From Patescibacteria group bacterium UBA6017 (GTDB lineage Bacteria > Patescibacteriota > Saccharimonadia > UBA4664), in contig DIZX01000015.1 in assembly GCA_002429485.1 (NCBI GenBank), positions 256,197 through 320,196 of the forward strand: a stretch of DNA of 64,000 nt. Reading direction: 5' to 3'. The position numbers and the translations under genes were made by a program. The notes beneath the pieces are model-generated. The model was given only the letters and a program-made list of their open reading frames with translations. It was not told the origin of the DNA and searched no databases. This document shows positions 29,907-40,183 of the stretch, piece after piece. The first letter of the stretch is position 1; every line of letters starts with the position of its first letter.

Positions 29907-30362
29907 GTGGGCTACTTGAGCAAATTAAGGAGACGTAAGGTTATGAGCGAAAATACACTGCCAGGGCCAGATCGTGACCAGCCAGAGGCCGGCTTCAGCA
30001 ATGCCGCCGAGGCCAGAGACTTGGCGAACGATCCCGAGGTTGAAGCAATTAGCCCCGAATTAGACCCAGAGGCCATCGGCCTGCGCCTCGAAAATGAAGA
30101 CGATCGCCGCAGCATATACACCATTGATGATGTCGACCTCTTTCTGGGTGAACAGTCACCCGTTCCGGGAGGCCTTAAGCGTAAGGTTCGGGAATTATTT
30201 GCCACCTATCCCGATGGTCTCAAGCAGTTTTTCGTTAAAAAGAATCAAGATGACGCCGTGCTGGCCAAGCATCATCATACCGAGGTAGAAACTGGAGGCT
30301 CGGGGGTCGAAACATTTCTATTTACCGACATCCCAGCGGGATCATCGGTTACTACCGAGTAA
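29907..30362 (+). CDS. Hypothetical acidic protein.
   Basis: A 151-aa ORF (possible start MSENTL at 29943) with no recognisable motif. Confidence 0.3.
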   Translation: MGYLSKLRRRKVMSENTLPGPDRDQPEAGFSNAAEARDLANDPEVEAISPELDPEAIGLRLENEDDRRSIYTIDDVDLFLGEQSPVPGGLKRKVRELFATYPDGLKQFFVKKNQDDAVLAKHHHTEVETGGSGVETFLFTDIPAGSSVTTE

Positions 30363-30683
30363 TACGATCTGGGCCGTGCACAGGGGCGCATTCAGTCAGA
30401 CGTTCCTATCGGAACCGAAATGCGCAACCTTCCCGAGACTTATCATGTCATTAATATCCACGGTCCGGCTAGCTTTGTGCAAATGCTGGAGAGCCCCGAT
30501 TTTCATTCTGAAGATCTCATTGCATATGATAGGGATAATTGGTCGAAGGAAGACGGACGCATGGTCGAGGGCACCCTACCTTGGCCTAAGGAAAAGCCCG
30601 ATTCGCCAGAGGCTGCTTAAACCGGTTGCTGAGGCAGCCCCTTTGGTGAAGCGCAACCGAGACAAATCTGATATACTTTCGCC

Positions 30684-31718
30684 ATGATTATTGTGATTAT
30701 CGCTGGCGGATCGGGAACTCGGCTCTGGCCCTTGTCTGTTGGTAACTACCCCAAACACCTACTAAAACTAACCGGTGAGCGCTCGGGAGTCCAAGAGGCC
30801 TATGATCGTGCCAAGCGCATTAGTGACGACATCTATGTGGTCACCGAAGCCAGCCACTCTGAGCATGTGAAAAAGCAATTGCCCGACCTGCCCGACCACG
30901 CTTTCATCGTGGAACCCGGCCGCCGCGGGACTGCTAGCTGTTTTATTGCCGCTCTCGACCGCGTAGCGCGTCATCACGACCTCGACGAGCCGATTGGCTT
31001 CCTGTGGGCCGATCACTTCATCCGCGACATTGACGGCTTCGTGCACGCCTTCAAGACCGCCGAAGCCCAATCCAAGCACCACGGCCGCCTCACCCTAGTC
31101 GGTATTGAGCCGACGCACCCGTCCACCCTATTTGGGTACATTGAAAAAGGCGCCATTATCGACAAAGCCGCCTTCGTGTCCGAAGTCGCCAGCTTCAAAG
31201 AAAAACCCGAGCTCGAGCAGGCACGGGAATTCTTTGCCAGCGGCAAATACCTCTGGAACAGCGGCTACAACGTTGGCTCCGTCAACGTCTTCTTGTCGGC
31301 CATGAAGAAGCACGCTCCCGAGCGCTACGCGGACTTCCAAAGTCTCCAAAAGGTCAAAACCCCCGCCGAATACGATGAAACCTACCTCGGCTTCGAAAAC
31401 GACGCCATCGACTACGCTCTCAGCGAAAAAGTCGACAACCTCATGGTGGTGCCCGCCACCTTCGATTGGCTAGATGTGGGCTCATTCAAGGAATTGTATG
31501 AAGCCAACAATAACGATGGTTCCGGCAACGTGATCACCGGCGACGGGGTAGTGGAGACCATCGAAGTCGAGAACTCCTACATCCGCAACGACGGCGACAA
31601 GCCGATCGCGGTCATTGGCCTCGACAACGTAGTGGTGGTCAACACCCCCAACGGCATCCTGGTCGCTCGCAAAGACCTCTCCCAGCGCGTCAAAGAGATC
31701 GTCAAGAAACTCGCTTAG
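30684..31718 (+). CDS. manC: Mannose-1-phosphate guanylyltransferase (nucleotidyltransferase domain only, no PMI cupin).
   Basis: MIIVIIAGGSGTRLWPLSVGNYPKHLLKL. A TATACT hexamer 6 nt before the ATG suggests a leaderless transcript. Confidence 0.9.
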   Translation: MIIVIIAGGSGTRLWPLSVGNYPKHLLKLTGERSGVQEAYDRAKRISDDIYVVTEASHSEHVKKQLPDLPDHAFIVEPGRRGTASCFIAALDRVARHHDLDEPIGFLWADHFIRDIDGFVHAFKTAEAQSKHHGRLTLVGIEPTHPSTLFGYIEKGAIIDKAAFVSEVASFKEKPELEQAREFFASGKYLWNSGYNVGSVNVFLSAMKKHAPERYADFQSLQKVKTPAEYDETYLGFENDAIDYALSEKVDNLMVVPATFDWLDVGSFKELYEANNNDGSGNVITGDGVVETIEVENSYIRNDGDKPIAVIGLDNVVVVNTPNGILVARKDLSQRVKEIVKKLA

Positions 31719-31757
31719 TAGACGACCACCGTCTGGTTGCTCACCCTAGGGACAACC
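31717..31757 (-). pseudogene. Relic 3'-terminal gene fragment homologous to the C-terminus of gene 33753..35597.
   Basis: Minus-strand reading gives ...LKAPIQVVPRVSNQTVVVY*, against ...MANMNVVPGVSNQTVVVY* at the real gene end. The nucleotide repeat is ~30 of 38 identical. Confidence 0.5.
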
Positions 31758-31775
31758 TGAATTGGCGCTTTCAAC

Positions 31776-31813
31776 AAAAGATAGGGGTGTTTTCGCAAAC
31801 ACCCCTATCTTTT
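31776..31813. terminator. Bidirectional intrinsic terminator hairpin.
   Basis: A perfect 17-bp stem AAAAGATAGGGGTGTTT / AAACACCCCTATCTTTT with loop tcgc. The A/U runs on both sides are part of the stem. Confidence 0.6.
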
Positions 31814-31949
31814 ACGATTCGAGCTCAGAATTAAGGTATTTGCTTCCTTATATTATATATCCTATATATCGGGCACATCTGGAATTCTTGTCAGTTTTCA
31901 GGTGTAAGCTATAGTTTAAGCACAAGCACTATAAATTTCTCGAGGATAC

Positions 31950-33731
31950 ATGGAATCAGAAGCACCAACCACCGATAATCAGGCTCAGCCCGTTCCCGAA
32001 GCGCCCGTCGCCGCTCCAGTCACCGCGCCCGTTGAACCTCCAGCCCAGCGACCGCACAACAAAAAGCCCCTTGTGATCACCCTTGGCGTATTGATCCTTG
32101 CCGGCATCGGCGGCGGACTCTATTGGCAATTTGGCCGCACCCAACCCGCTAAGGTTACTTCGATCCAGGCCAGCCCGTCCGTTACCCCCGTCCCGTCGTC
32201 CACTCCCGATTCTAAAGCCACTCTATTGCTCCAGCGTTTCACTAAGCCGACGACCGGCGAGACCTGGCTCCCGGCCCCCAAGAAGCTGGCCGCTCAAGGT
32301 TTCCTCAAAGACGGCGATACCGATGCCGAGTACTACCAGCTCGGTATGCGCGGCACTTCAACTATCATCTTGTCGGTCGTTTCGCAGGTTGGTGAATGGA
32401 ATATTCTCTACGAGAAGACCGCTGCTGGTAACGTCACGGTCATTGCTCATCCGGACGGCGAGGCGGTTTACAATGCCGACTCAGATACCCAGTACGCCAG
32501 CGCCGTATCGTCGAAAGTTAAGCTCGATACCGTCACGCACTATGATTCGCTCACCATGCCACTCGAGCTCCCACTCGCTAAGGGCTACGTCGTGAAGAAG
32601 CCGACTCATCCCGATTTCGGCAGCCTCATCCGCCCGGTAGTTGCCGGCCAGATCGTCCCCGTCGACACCGTCGTGGCCAAATACGGGGGGAGCACCCTGG
32701 TAAAAACCGAGACGACTTACGCGGACACCAAGCTAACTTCCATCGGCTACAACATGCTGACCGCGGCTCATATGCGCGTCGCCATGTCGTTCATGCCCCT
32801 GGAACTCAGCCTCACTGGCTATCAATGGCAAAGCGGTGCCACGCCCGTGGATACCATTTCGCCCATCAACCGCGGTTGCAGCCTCTCTACCATCTCCGCG
32901 AGCCGTTCCGACGTGCTGACCGCTGCCGACGTCCAGGTGATTGGTAAATCCCCGTCAGGCGTTACGGTCTACGAGCTCAAATCGCTCGATAACCCGCTCA
33001 TGACGAAAGCCTACCAGGAGTTTATCGACTTCTATAAGGGCACCGATGCCAACTCGACACCCTACTTCAATATCACCAAGGCCAAGTTTGCCACCGAGCA
33101 CGGCGTCATCGTTATCAAAGATAATTACGGCCAGTGGCTCGTCTACGCTCGCGATCAGCTCCGACCAATGGGTGGCTGCGCCAAGCCGGTCATTTACCTC
33201 TACCCGCAACAGGCCGAGCAAGTCTCGGTTCGGGTCGGTGCTAGGGTTAAAGTTTCTCTGCCCACCTATGATCCCTTCAAAGGCTGGAATGTCTGGGCGA
33301 CACCGAGCGGGTCCTTGAGCGTAGCAGGTGCTCCGTACGACTCACTCTTTTGGGAGGGTCCCGGCCTTGGCGCCTACCCGGGGATAACCTCCGGTACCGT
33401 GGTGGCCCGGAGTCGGGCCGCCGGTACTATCCGGCAGCAACTTGCCCAACAGGGCCTCGTGGGCCGCGAGATTGACGATTTTATGGCCTACTGGGAGCCC
33501 AAGCTGCCAAATAAACCGTATGTGAGGCTCACTTGGTTTAATACTGGGCAGATGAATGTTCTGGCCCCGTTGGCCATCTCGCCCAAGCCAACTACCGTCC
33601 TGCGCGTCTTCCTCGACTTCGACGGACTCGACTCGCCGATTAATCTTCCGGCCCAACACCTGACCTCGACCCCGCGCCAAGGCTTTACCGTTGTGGAATG
33701 GGGCGGTTTAGCCAACTTTCCTCTCAAATAG
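31950..33731 (+). CDS. Membrane-anchored extracytoplasmic protein of unknown function.
   Basis: A Pro/Ala-rich N-terminal tail is followed by one TM segment (LVITLGVLILAGIGGGLYWQF) and a ~520-aa external domain. Confidence 0.6.
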   Translation: MESEAPTTDNQAQPVPEAPVAAPVTAPVEPPAQRPHNKKPLVITLGVLILAGIGGGLYWQFGRTQPAKVTSIQASPSVTPVPSSTPDSKATLLLQRFTKPTTGETWLPAPKKLAAQGFLKDGDTDAEYYQLGMRGTSTIILSVVSQVGEWNILYEKTAAGNVTVIAHPDGEAVYNADSDTQYASAVSSKVKLDTVTHYDSLTMPLELPLAKGYVVKKPTHPDFGSLIRPVVAGQIVPVDTVVAKYGGSTLVKTETTYADTKLTSIGYNMLTAAHMRVAMSFMPLELSLTGYQWQSGATPVDTISPINRGCSLSTISASRSDVLTAADVQVIGKSPSGVTVYELKSLDNPLMTKAYQEFIDFYKGTDANSTPYFNITKAKFATEHGVIVIKDNYGQWLVYARDQLRPMGGCAKPVIYLYPQQAEQVSVRVGARVKVSLPTYDPFKGWNVWATPSGSLSVAGAPYDSLFWEGPGLGAYPGITSGTVVARSRAAGTIRQQLAQQGLVGREIDDFMAYWEPKLPNKPYVRLTWFNTGQMNVLAPLAISPKPTTVLRVFLDFDGLDSPINLPAQHLTSTPRQGFTVVEWGGLANFPLK

Positions 33732-33752
33732 CGCTAAGAAGTCCTATATCCG

Positions 33753-35597
33753 CTAGTACACGACCACCGTTTGATTGCTAACCCCGGGCACCACGTTCAT
33801 ATTTGCCATCAGCTGATCGGTCGTCCAATAAAACGGCTTGCCCGTCATCGATTCGATAATCCAAAAGCCCAGCGGATTATCGGCGCTGCCCACCACGCCA
33901 AACACCACCCGCGCGTGCGACGACAGCCACGTCTGCACAACCCCGCTCGAGGTATTCCACGCATCGGCTTTCGACGGCGTACTGTGGCCCCAGAACTCCA
34001 CCGGATTGCCCCCGTGCACTTGCGCGCTGATGTAGCTGGCCGGTACGTTAAAGCTCGCCGTGGCCTGGCGGCCGCGACTTTGGGCCTCCTTCGCGATTGG
34101 TCCGGCATGCACCCCGTAGCCCGTGTTGTTGGGGTAGCCGCCTAGATCGCCCACGTACGTCAGGTTCGGGTTGTCCCATAGGTTGTTGGCTTGGTCCCTG
34201 GGATGGGGATTGTACCCGATCGTCGACAGGAGGTCCTTGTCGTCGCCCACATTCACGCCCCGAAACGCCAGCAGCATCCGCAGGGACGCCAGCTCGCAGC
34301 TCATCCGGTACTGGGTCTTGTACATCGGCACCCCCAGCTTGATCGTCTCTGGCAGCGTCGCCAGTGAGCCACTCAGTACGGCGGTATTGGGTAGGCCCCA
34401 AGTGGGTACTACCCCCGGCGCCACCCGAATCGTGTAATTGCTTTGGTACGCCAGGGTTGGCGAGTAGATCATGGTGTTGCCGCTCCACGAGAACGCTCCC
34501 GCCGCTCCGGGATTGAGGCTAAACTTGGCCTGCGCCGAGGCGTGGTCCACGGCCTGGTCGAAGGCCACCTTTATCGGTGCATTCAAGCCCACATCGCCCC
34601 CGCCCGGGCTAAAGCTCGCTCCCACTGCCCCGTTGCTGGCGAACTGGTAGGGCACATCTGCCTCGAGCACCCCGCCCACCTTCGACTTCAAACCGGCTTT
34701 GACCACGTAATTGTAGGTCGTGCCCGGTTTGAGCGCCCCGTCCGTCGGCACGTAGCGGTAGGTGTGATCGTCGACCCAGCTGCCCTTGCCCGCCAGATCA
34801 AACTTGAAGCCCGTTGCGCTCGGCTCCATCGGCTGAGCGAAGACGATGTCCGCGGTCTGCCCGGGCGCAAAGAACCCGCCCGTACGCGCTGCGGCAATTG
34901 CCGGCTGCGCCACCACCGTAAAAACATTGTTGAATAAATTGCGTTTGAGCGGATCGGCCACCCGGGTGTCTTCCAGCGTAAAGGTGTACTTTTCCCCCTG
35001 CTTCAGTGGCATTTGCGGCTCCCACACGAAGGTTTTGTCATCGCTCGAGATCAGCTTCAGCGGCTCCGCGGGCGTTAACGTGGGTTTGAGTTGACGAACC
35101 CCCTGGTTGGCGTCTCGCAGCGTCACGCTCAGCCGGGGCTTCACGCCCACGTCTTTGGCGTCAGCTGCCGGCGAGGTCTTGGCCACCCCCGATGGCAACT
35201 GAACCGTAAACCCTGCCTGGATGTCGCCCAGCCTTTTGCCCGTGACTGCCCGTCTGATGCCCGTAATCTTTAGCGCGTACTTGCGCCCGGCTTCGAACCG
35301 TTTTGTAGGCGTAAAGGCCGCCGCGCTCACCCCGAACACCGTGTGCTCCTGTTTCCACGATCCGGCCACCTGGGGCTCGATCGTGGCCGTATAGCCGGCC
35401 GCCACGTCCTGGCCGAAATCTACCTTGAGCGGCCCGGCCACCAGTACGGCTTGCTGGCTGGCCAGTGCTACCTTGAGCGTTCCCTGTGTGCGCATCCAGC
35501 CAATCACCGCCACGGTTCCAACGAGCACCAGGCCTACGCCTATGCCCGCCGTTACCGGTCGTTTAGAGATTATCTGCATGCACCCTCGATGCTCCAA
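33753..35597 (-). CDS. Secreted/anchored protein with Ig-like segments and a C-terminal C39-like (papain-fold) peptidase-like domain.
   Basis: An N-terminal TM segment is present. The C-terminal motif QYRMSCELASLRMLLAFRG (Cys) ... HARVVFGVVG (His) resembles the peptidase_C39-like family. Confidence 0.55.
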   Translation of the reverse strand: MEHRGCMQIISKRPVTAGIGVGLVLVGTVAVIGWMRTQGTLKVALASQQAVLVAGPLKVDFGQDVAAGYTATIEPQVAGSWKQEHTVFGVSAAAFTPTKRFEAGRKYALKITGIRRAVTGKRLGDIQAGFTVQLPSGVAKTSPAADAKDVGVKPRLSVTLRDANQGVRQLKPTLTPAEPLKLISSDDKTFVWEPQMPLKQGEKYTFTLEDTRVADPLKRNLFNNVFTVVAQPAIAAARTGGFFAPGQTADIVFAQPMEPSATGFKFDLAGKGSWVDDHTYRYVPTDGALKPGTTYNYVVKAGLKSKVGGVLEADVPYQFASNGAVGASFSPGGGDVGLNAPIKVAFDQAVDHASAQAKFSLNPGAAGAFSWSGNTMIYSPTLAYQSNYTIRVAPGVVPTWGLPNTAVLSGSLATLPETIKLGVPMYKTQYRMSCELASLRMLLAFRGVNVGDDKDLLSTIGYNPHPRDQANNLWDNPNLTYVGDLGGYPNNTGYGVHAGPIAKEAQSRGRQATASFNVPASYISAQVHGGNPVEFWGHSTPSKADAWNTSSGVVQTWLSSHARVVFGVVGSADNPLGFWIIESMTGKPFYWTTDQLMANMNVVPGVSNQTVVVY

Positions 35598-36855
35598 TCA
35601 TAGCAGGTTCTCGATAGGGCTTGGGTTCCGCGACCGGCTTTGAGGCCGACTTTCGGGGTGACATGATTTTCCGCTGCACCCACCCGGCCAGCCGCATACT
35701 CGGCTCGTCGACGTGCCTCGTGTAGATATCAGCCGCAATTACCACGATTACCAGGTACGCCGCTCCCGTGACCCCCAGGCTAAAGGCGTAACCGTGGCTG
35801 ACGTTGAGCGCCGCAAACATGTACGAGCTGATCGTCCCCAGCACCAGCAGGTGCAGCAGGTACATCGAAAACGACACCCGGCCGAGGTAGCGCAGTGGCC
35901 GGCTGGCGAAGACCGTTTTAAGGGCGGGGGAGTACAGTACCGCACCCAGCAGCAACGCCGCCCCCACGATATGCGTCAGAATAAATACCACGTTCGGATC
36001 GGCACCCTGCCACCCCAGCGCGCTGTATATTGTGCTCGTGGCTCCCGGAATCGGCGCCGCTCCCAGTCCCAAGCCCGCCAGCGCCAACCCCGCCGTGATC
36101 GGCCACGCCAGCTCTTTTGGTGACCAGCTTCGCGAGGTGACGTCGCACAGGGCAATCCCAAGCACAAACGCCAGGTAGTACGAGTTCCAGCTCGCCACCA
36201 TGAGCACCAAATACACCAGCCACCGCAGCCGCAACTTGCCAAACAGCGCCAGGAAGGCAAATACCAGCATTGAGCCCAGAAACTCCACCTTCATCGTCCA
36301 CAGCGCGTTATTGAGCACCCCCGGCTCCGAATTGCCGACCAGTATTCCGTACGCCCCGTAATACACCGCCTCCCCCAAGCTCACTGTCCGCGGCCAGAAA
36401 TTCGCCAGCCATGACGACCCGCTGATCGCCGCCGCCGGGTCGCTGAAGTTCAGCCCGAACCGAATAATGGCCCACGCCAGCAGTACCGACCCCAGAATCG
36501 GCGGCATCAGCCGAAAGTAGCGCTTCACCGCCGCCTTGCGCACCGCCGCCGTGTTGCCGGTCTGAAAGAACGCGTAGCTCAGTACGTACCCGCTCAAAAT
36601 AAAGAAGATACACACCGCAAAGTTGCCCGCTACCAGTAGCTGAAGGGGAGTCGTGTAAATTGTTCGCTCAATCGCGAAGTGATTCGCCCCCGCCCCGCGC
36701 GTGGCAAACACCAAGAAAACATAAGCAAAATGATGAAACACCACAATTAGGGCAGCCAAGCCGCGTAGGCCGTTTAGGTATTCGAGCCTAATTTTTCCAA
36801 CCGCGATTAGGCTCGGCTCGCATCGCCTCGGTTTCATCTGGACGAGCATAGTCAT
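35563..36855 (-). CDS. Acyltransferase family 3 membrane protein (third paralogue).
   Basis: LEYLNGLRGLAALIVVFHHFAYVFL plus multiple TM segments. The start is uncertain: ORF track 36900, likely 36855 or 36837. It overlaps the 3' end of the upstream cupin gene. Confidence 0.8.
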   Translation of the reverse strand: MTMLVQMKPRRCEPSLIAVGKIRLEYLNGLRGLAALIVVFHHFAYVFLVFATRGAGANHFAIERTIYTTPLQLLVAGNFAVCIFFILSGYVLSYAFFQTGNTAAVRKAAVKRYFRLMPPILGSVLLAWAIIRFGLNFSDPAAAISGSSWLANFWPRTVSLGEAVYYGAYGILVGNSEPGVLNNALWTMKVEFLGSMLVFAFLALFGKLRLRWLVYLVLMVASWNSYYLAFVLGIALCDVTSRSWSPKELAWPITAGLALAGLGLGAAPIPGATSTIYSALGWQGADPNVVFILTHIVGAALLLGAVLYSPALKTVFASRPLRYLGRVSFSMYLLHLLVLGTISSYMFAALNVSHGYAFSLGVTGAAYLVIVVIAADIYTRHVDEPSMRLAGWVQRKIMSPRKSASKPVAEPKPYREPAMIGASRVHADNL

Positions 36856-37243
36856 CTTCAAGCCGCAGCGTGGTGCCCAGCTCGGGAGTGGAGGCCTCAA
36901 ATACGTCGCAGTCGCCCAGTCCGATCAATCGGTGGCGCTGCCCCAGTGCGGTGGTGTAGCCCACGCCCGGTTTGAGCTCAATCTGCTCCATTTCACCGGC
37001 CGCATTTTCGATCAGCACGCCCGCCTGCCCGCGCAGCACGCACCAAGTTTCGGTCTTCTGGTCGTGCGCCTGCAGGCTCAACCGTGCCCCGGAGTTAATG
37101 TGAATAATTTTAGCTGCATATGGCGCATCCGCAGCCGTCAGCAGAATCTCGTAGCCCCACGGCTTGTCGGTACGTTTGGCGGTTGCATCAGTCTTAAACC
37201 CGGACTTGTCGATCGAATTCAAAAAATCTTTGGCGTCAGCCAT
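36788..37243 (-). CDS. Cupin protein of the mannose-6-phosphate-isomerase type II / ManC C-terminal domain family.
   Basis: KPWGYEILL...KIIHINSGARLSLQAHDQKTETWCVLRGQAGV...GQRHRL is the PMI-type cupin signature. GGGAG lies 8 nt before the ATG at 37243. Confidence 0.7.
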   Translation of the reverse strand: MADAKDFLNSIDKSGFKTDATAKRTDKPWGYEILLTAADAPYAAKIIHINSGARLSLQAHDQKTETWCVLRGQAGVLIENAAGEMEQIELKPGVGYTTALGQRHRLIGLGDCDVFEASTPELGTTLRLEDDYARPDETEAMRAEPNRGWKN

Positions 37244-37305
37244 CTCATTACTCCCTTTTCTTGATTGTACACTCACCCCGCGGCTACGTCCGCCCCATCC
37301 CGCCG

Positions 37306-37707
37306 CTACGCCTCCGGAAGTGTTTTCGCATCCAGCACTAGGCGCTGGATATCCGTCGGCACGGTATTTTCGAATAAACCCAGCCCCTTCATGATCTCCA
37401 CGGCGTACCCCAAACGTTGGGCCTCCTCTTGCAGACGAATCTTTCCGTGCCCAGATATCCCATAATATTGGCGTTCTTTGCCCGATTTTCCGGCCGGTGC
37501 GCGCCTAATCATATCCACTAGGCCTTCTTCGCATAGGCGCTCGAGCAATGGGTATAGTTTGCCATCTTTTAGCAATACACTGCCCAATGAGGCGTTGGCG
37601 ACCGCCCCTTTTATGGCGTATCTGTGCAGCGGGCTACCCGCCAACACCAACAAAATATAAAATTCAGTGGCACTACTCGGCTTTGGGAGGTAGGAGTAAG
37701 GATACAT
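37306..37707 (-). CDS. PadR-family transcriptional regulator.
   Basis: A winged helix (HRYAIKGAV...GKLYPLLERLCEEGLV...RQYYGISGHG). A TAAAAT hexamer 8 nt before the ATG suggests a leaderless transcript. Confidence 0.75.
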   Translation of the reverse strand: MYPYSYLPKPSSATEFYILLVLAGSPLHRYAIKGAVANASLGSVLLKDGKLYPLLERLCEEGLVDMIRRAPAGKSGKERQYYGISGHGKIRLQEEAQRLGYAVEIMKGLGLFENTVPTDIQRLVLDAKTLPEA

Positions 37708-37878
37708 AGAGCGTTATTTTACTTAAAAATTTTATGCATACCAAATTTAAGTAAAATCCGGAGCAGGCATTACCAACGTATGGGCGGCGCCGGGAGTAGA
37801 GAAGTGTCCAATGTACAGCCCCCTTAAAAGATGCCTTAAACCCTTCCACCCGCATCAGTAGAGCGTATAATCAATGGC

Positions 37879-39705
<1,827 letters not shown>

Positions 39706-39735
39706 TTCGCCCTTGCCAGAGCGGATAAGCCGACC

Positions 39736-39765
39736 TTGACTATATCGCGCGAATCGGTCTAATAT
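39736..39765 (+). promoter_or_regulatory. Candidate promoter TTGACT-N18-TAATAT upstream of the small Cys-rich ORF.
   Basis: A hexamer match only. A TATCGCGC(G/A)A direct repeat at ~39742 and ~39772 overlaps or follows it. Confidence 0.3.
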
Positions 39766-39834
39766 ATCCCGTATCGCGCAACGGTTACGTCGTGCGTCGG
39801 ACGGGCTAAGGCCCACAACTTGAAGGGGAAGATC

Positions 39835-39942
39835 ATGATCGGACTGATCATGGAGTTCTTGGGCCGCTTCGGCTGCCGTTGCTACTGCGGGGGTTGCAAG
39901 GCCGACCGCCACTGCGGTGGCCCCATGTGCCATATCAGCTAG
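39835..39942 (+). CDS. Unannotated 35-aa cysteine-rich peptide (MIGLIMEFLGRFGCRCYCGGCKADRHCGGPMCHIS).
   Basis: An ATG preceded by AAGGGGAAG at 5-nt spacing. It has six Cys and two His, a TAG stop, and is followed by a hairpin. It is below the 60-aa cutoff of the ORF track. Confidence 0.4.
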   Translation: MIGLIMEFLGRFGCRCYCGGCKADRHCGGPMCHIS

Positions 39943-39966
39943 CGGCTCTGCCGCACCGCGCTACAG

Positions 39967-40010
39967 CTCCCGCCGGTGATTAACTTCACTGGCGGGAGCA
40001 TGCTATTTCC
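39967..40010 (+). terminator. Hairpin (12-bp stem, 8-nt loop) followed by a weak U-tract, downstream of the small ORF and glmS.
   Basis: CTCCCGCCGGTG-attaactt-CACTGGCGGGAG followed by catgctatttcc. Confidence 0.4.
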
Positions 40011-40183
40011 GGTGGATTGTCGAATATCTTTGTGATAGTCTGTACGTTATGAAGAGCATACGAATTCTCCTGGCAGCCTCAATTACCCAATCCGGGCTGG
40101 CGCTGCATACGTAGAAAATAGTTCACATCACCCTCGCAGCACAGCCCCGACCCCGGGGTCATTTTTATTAAGAAAGGAAGATT

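Noticed and set aside
30376-30687. Small ORFs 30376..30687 and 30420..30620 upstream of manC.
   Set aside because: They are short and mutually overlapping in different frames, with no ribosome-binding site or motif. More likely this is the manC promoter or leader region.
33771-35643. Plus-strand ORFs nested in the 33753..35597 gene (for example 33771..34145, 34443..34937).
   Set aside because: They are Arg/His/Pro-rich with no motifs, and lie antisense to a long ORF with a clear domain architecture.
35713-36301. Arg-rich ORFs 35713..36123 (+) and 35918..36301 (-) inside the acyltransferase-3 gene.
   Set aside because: Low-complexity alternative-frame artefacts within a gene supported by the conserved LRGLAAL motif and TM helices.
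37708-37878. Possible glmS ribozyme upstream of glmS.
   Set aside because: The 170-nt region contains a TATAAT 7 nt before the ATG (leaderless-type promoter). It shows none of the conserved glmS ribozyme core that I can recognise by eye. A covariance-model search would be needed to be certain.
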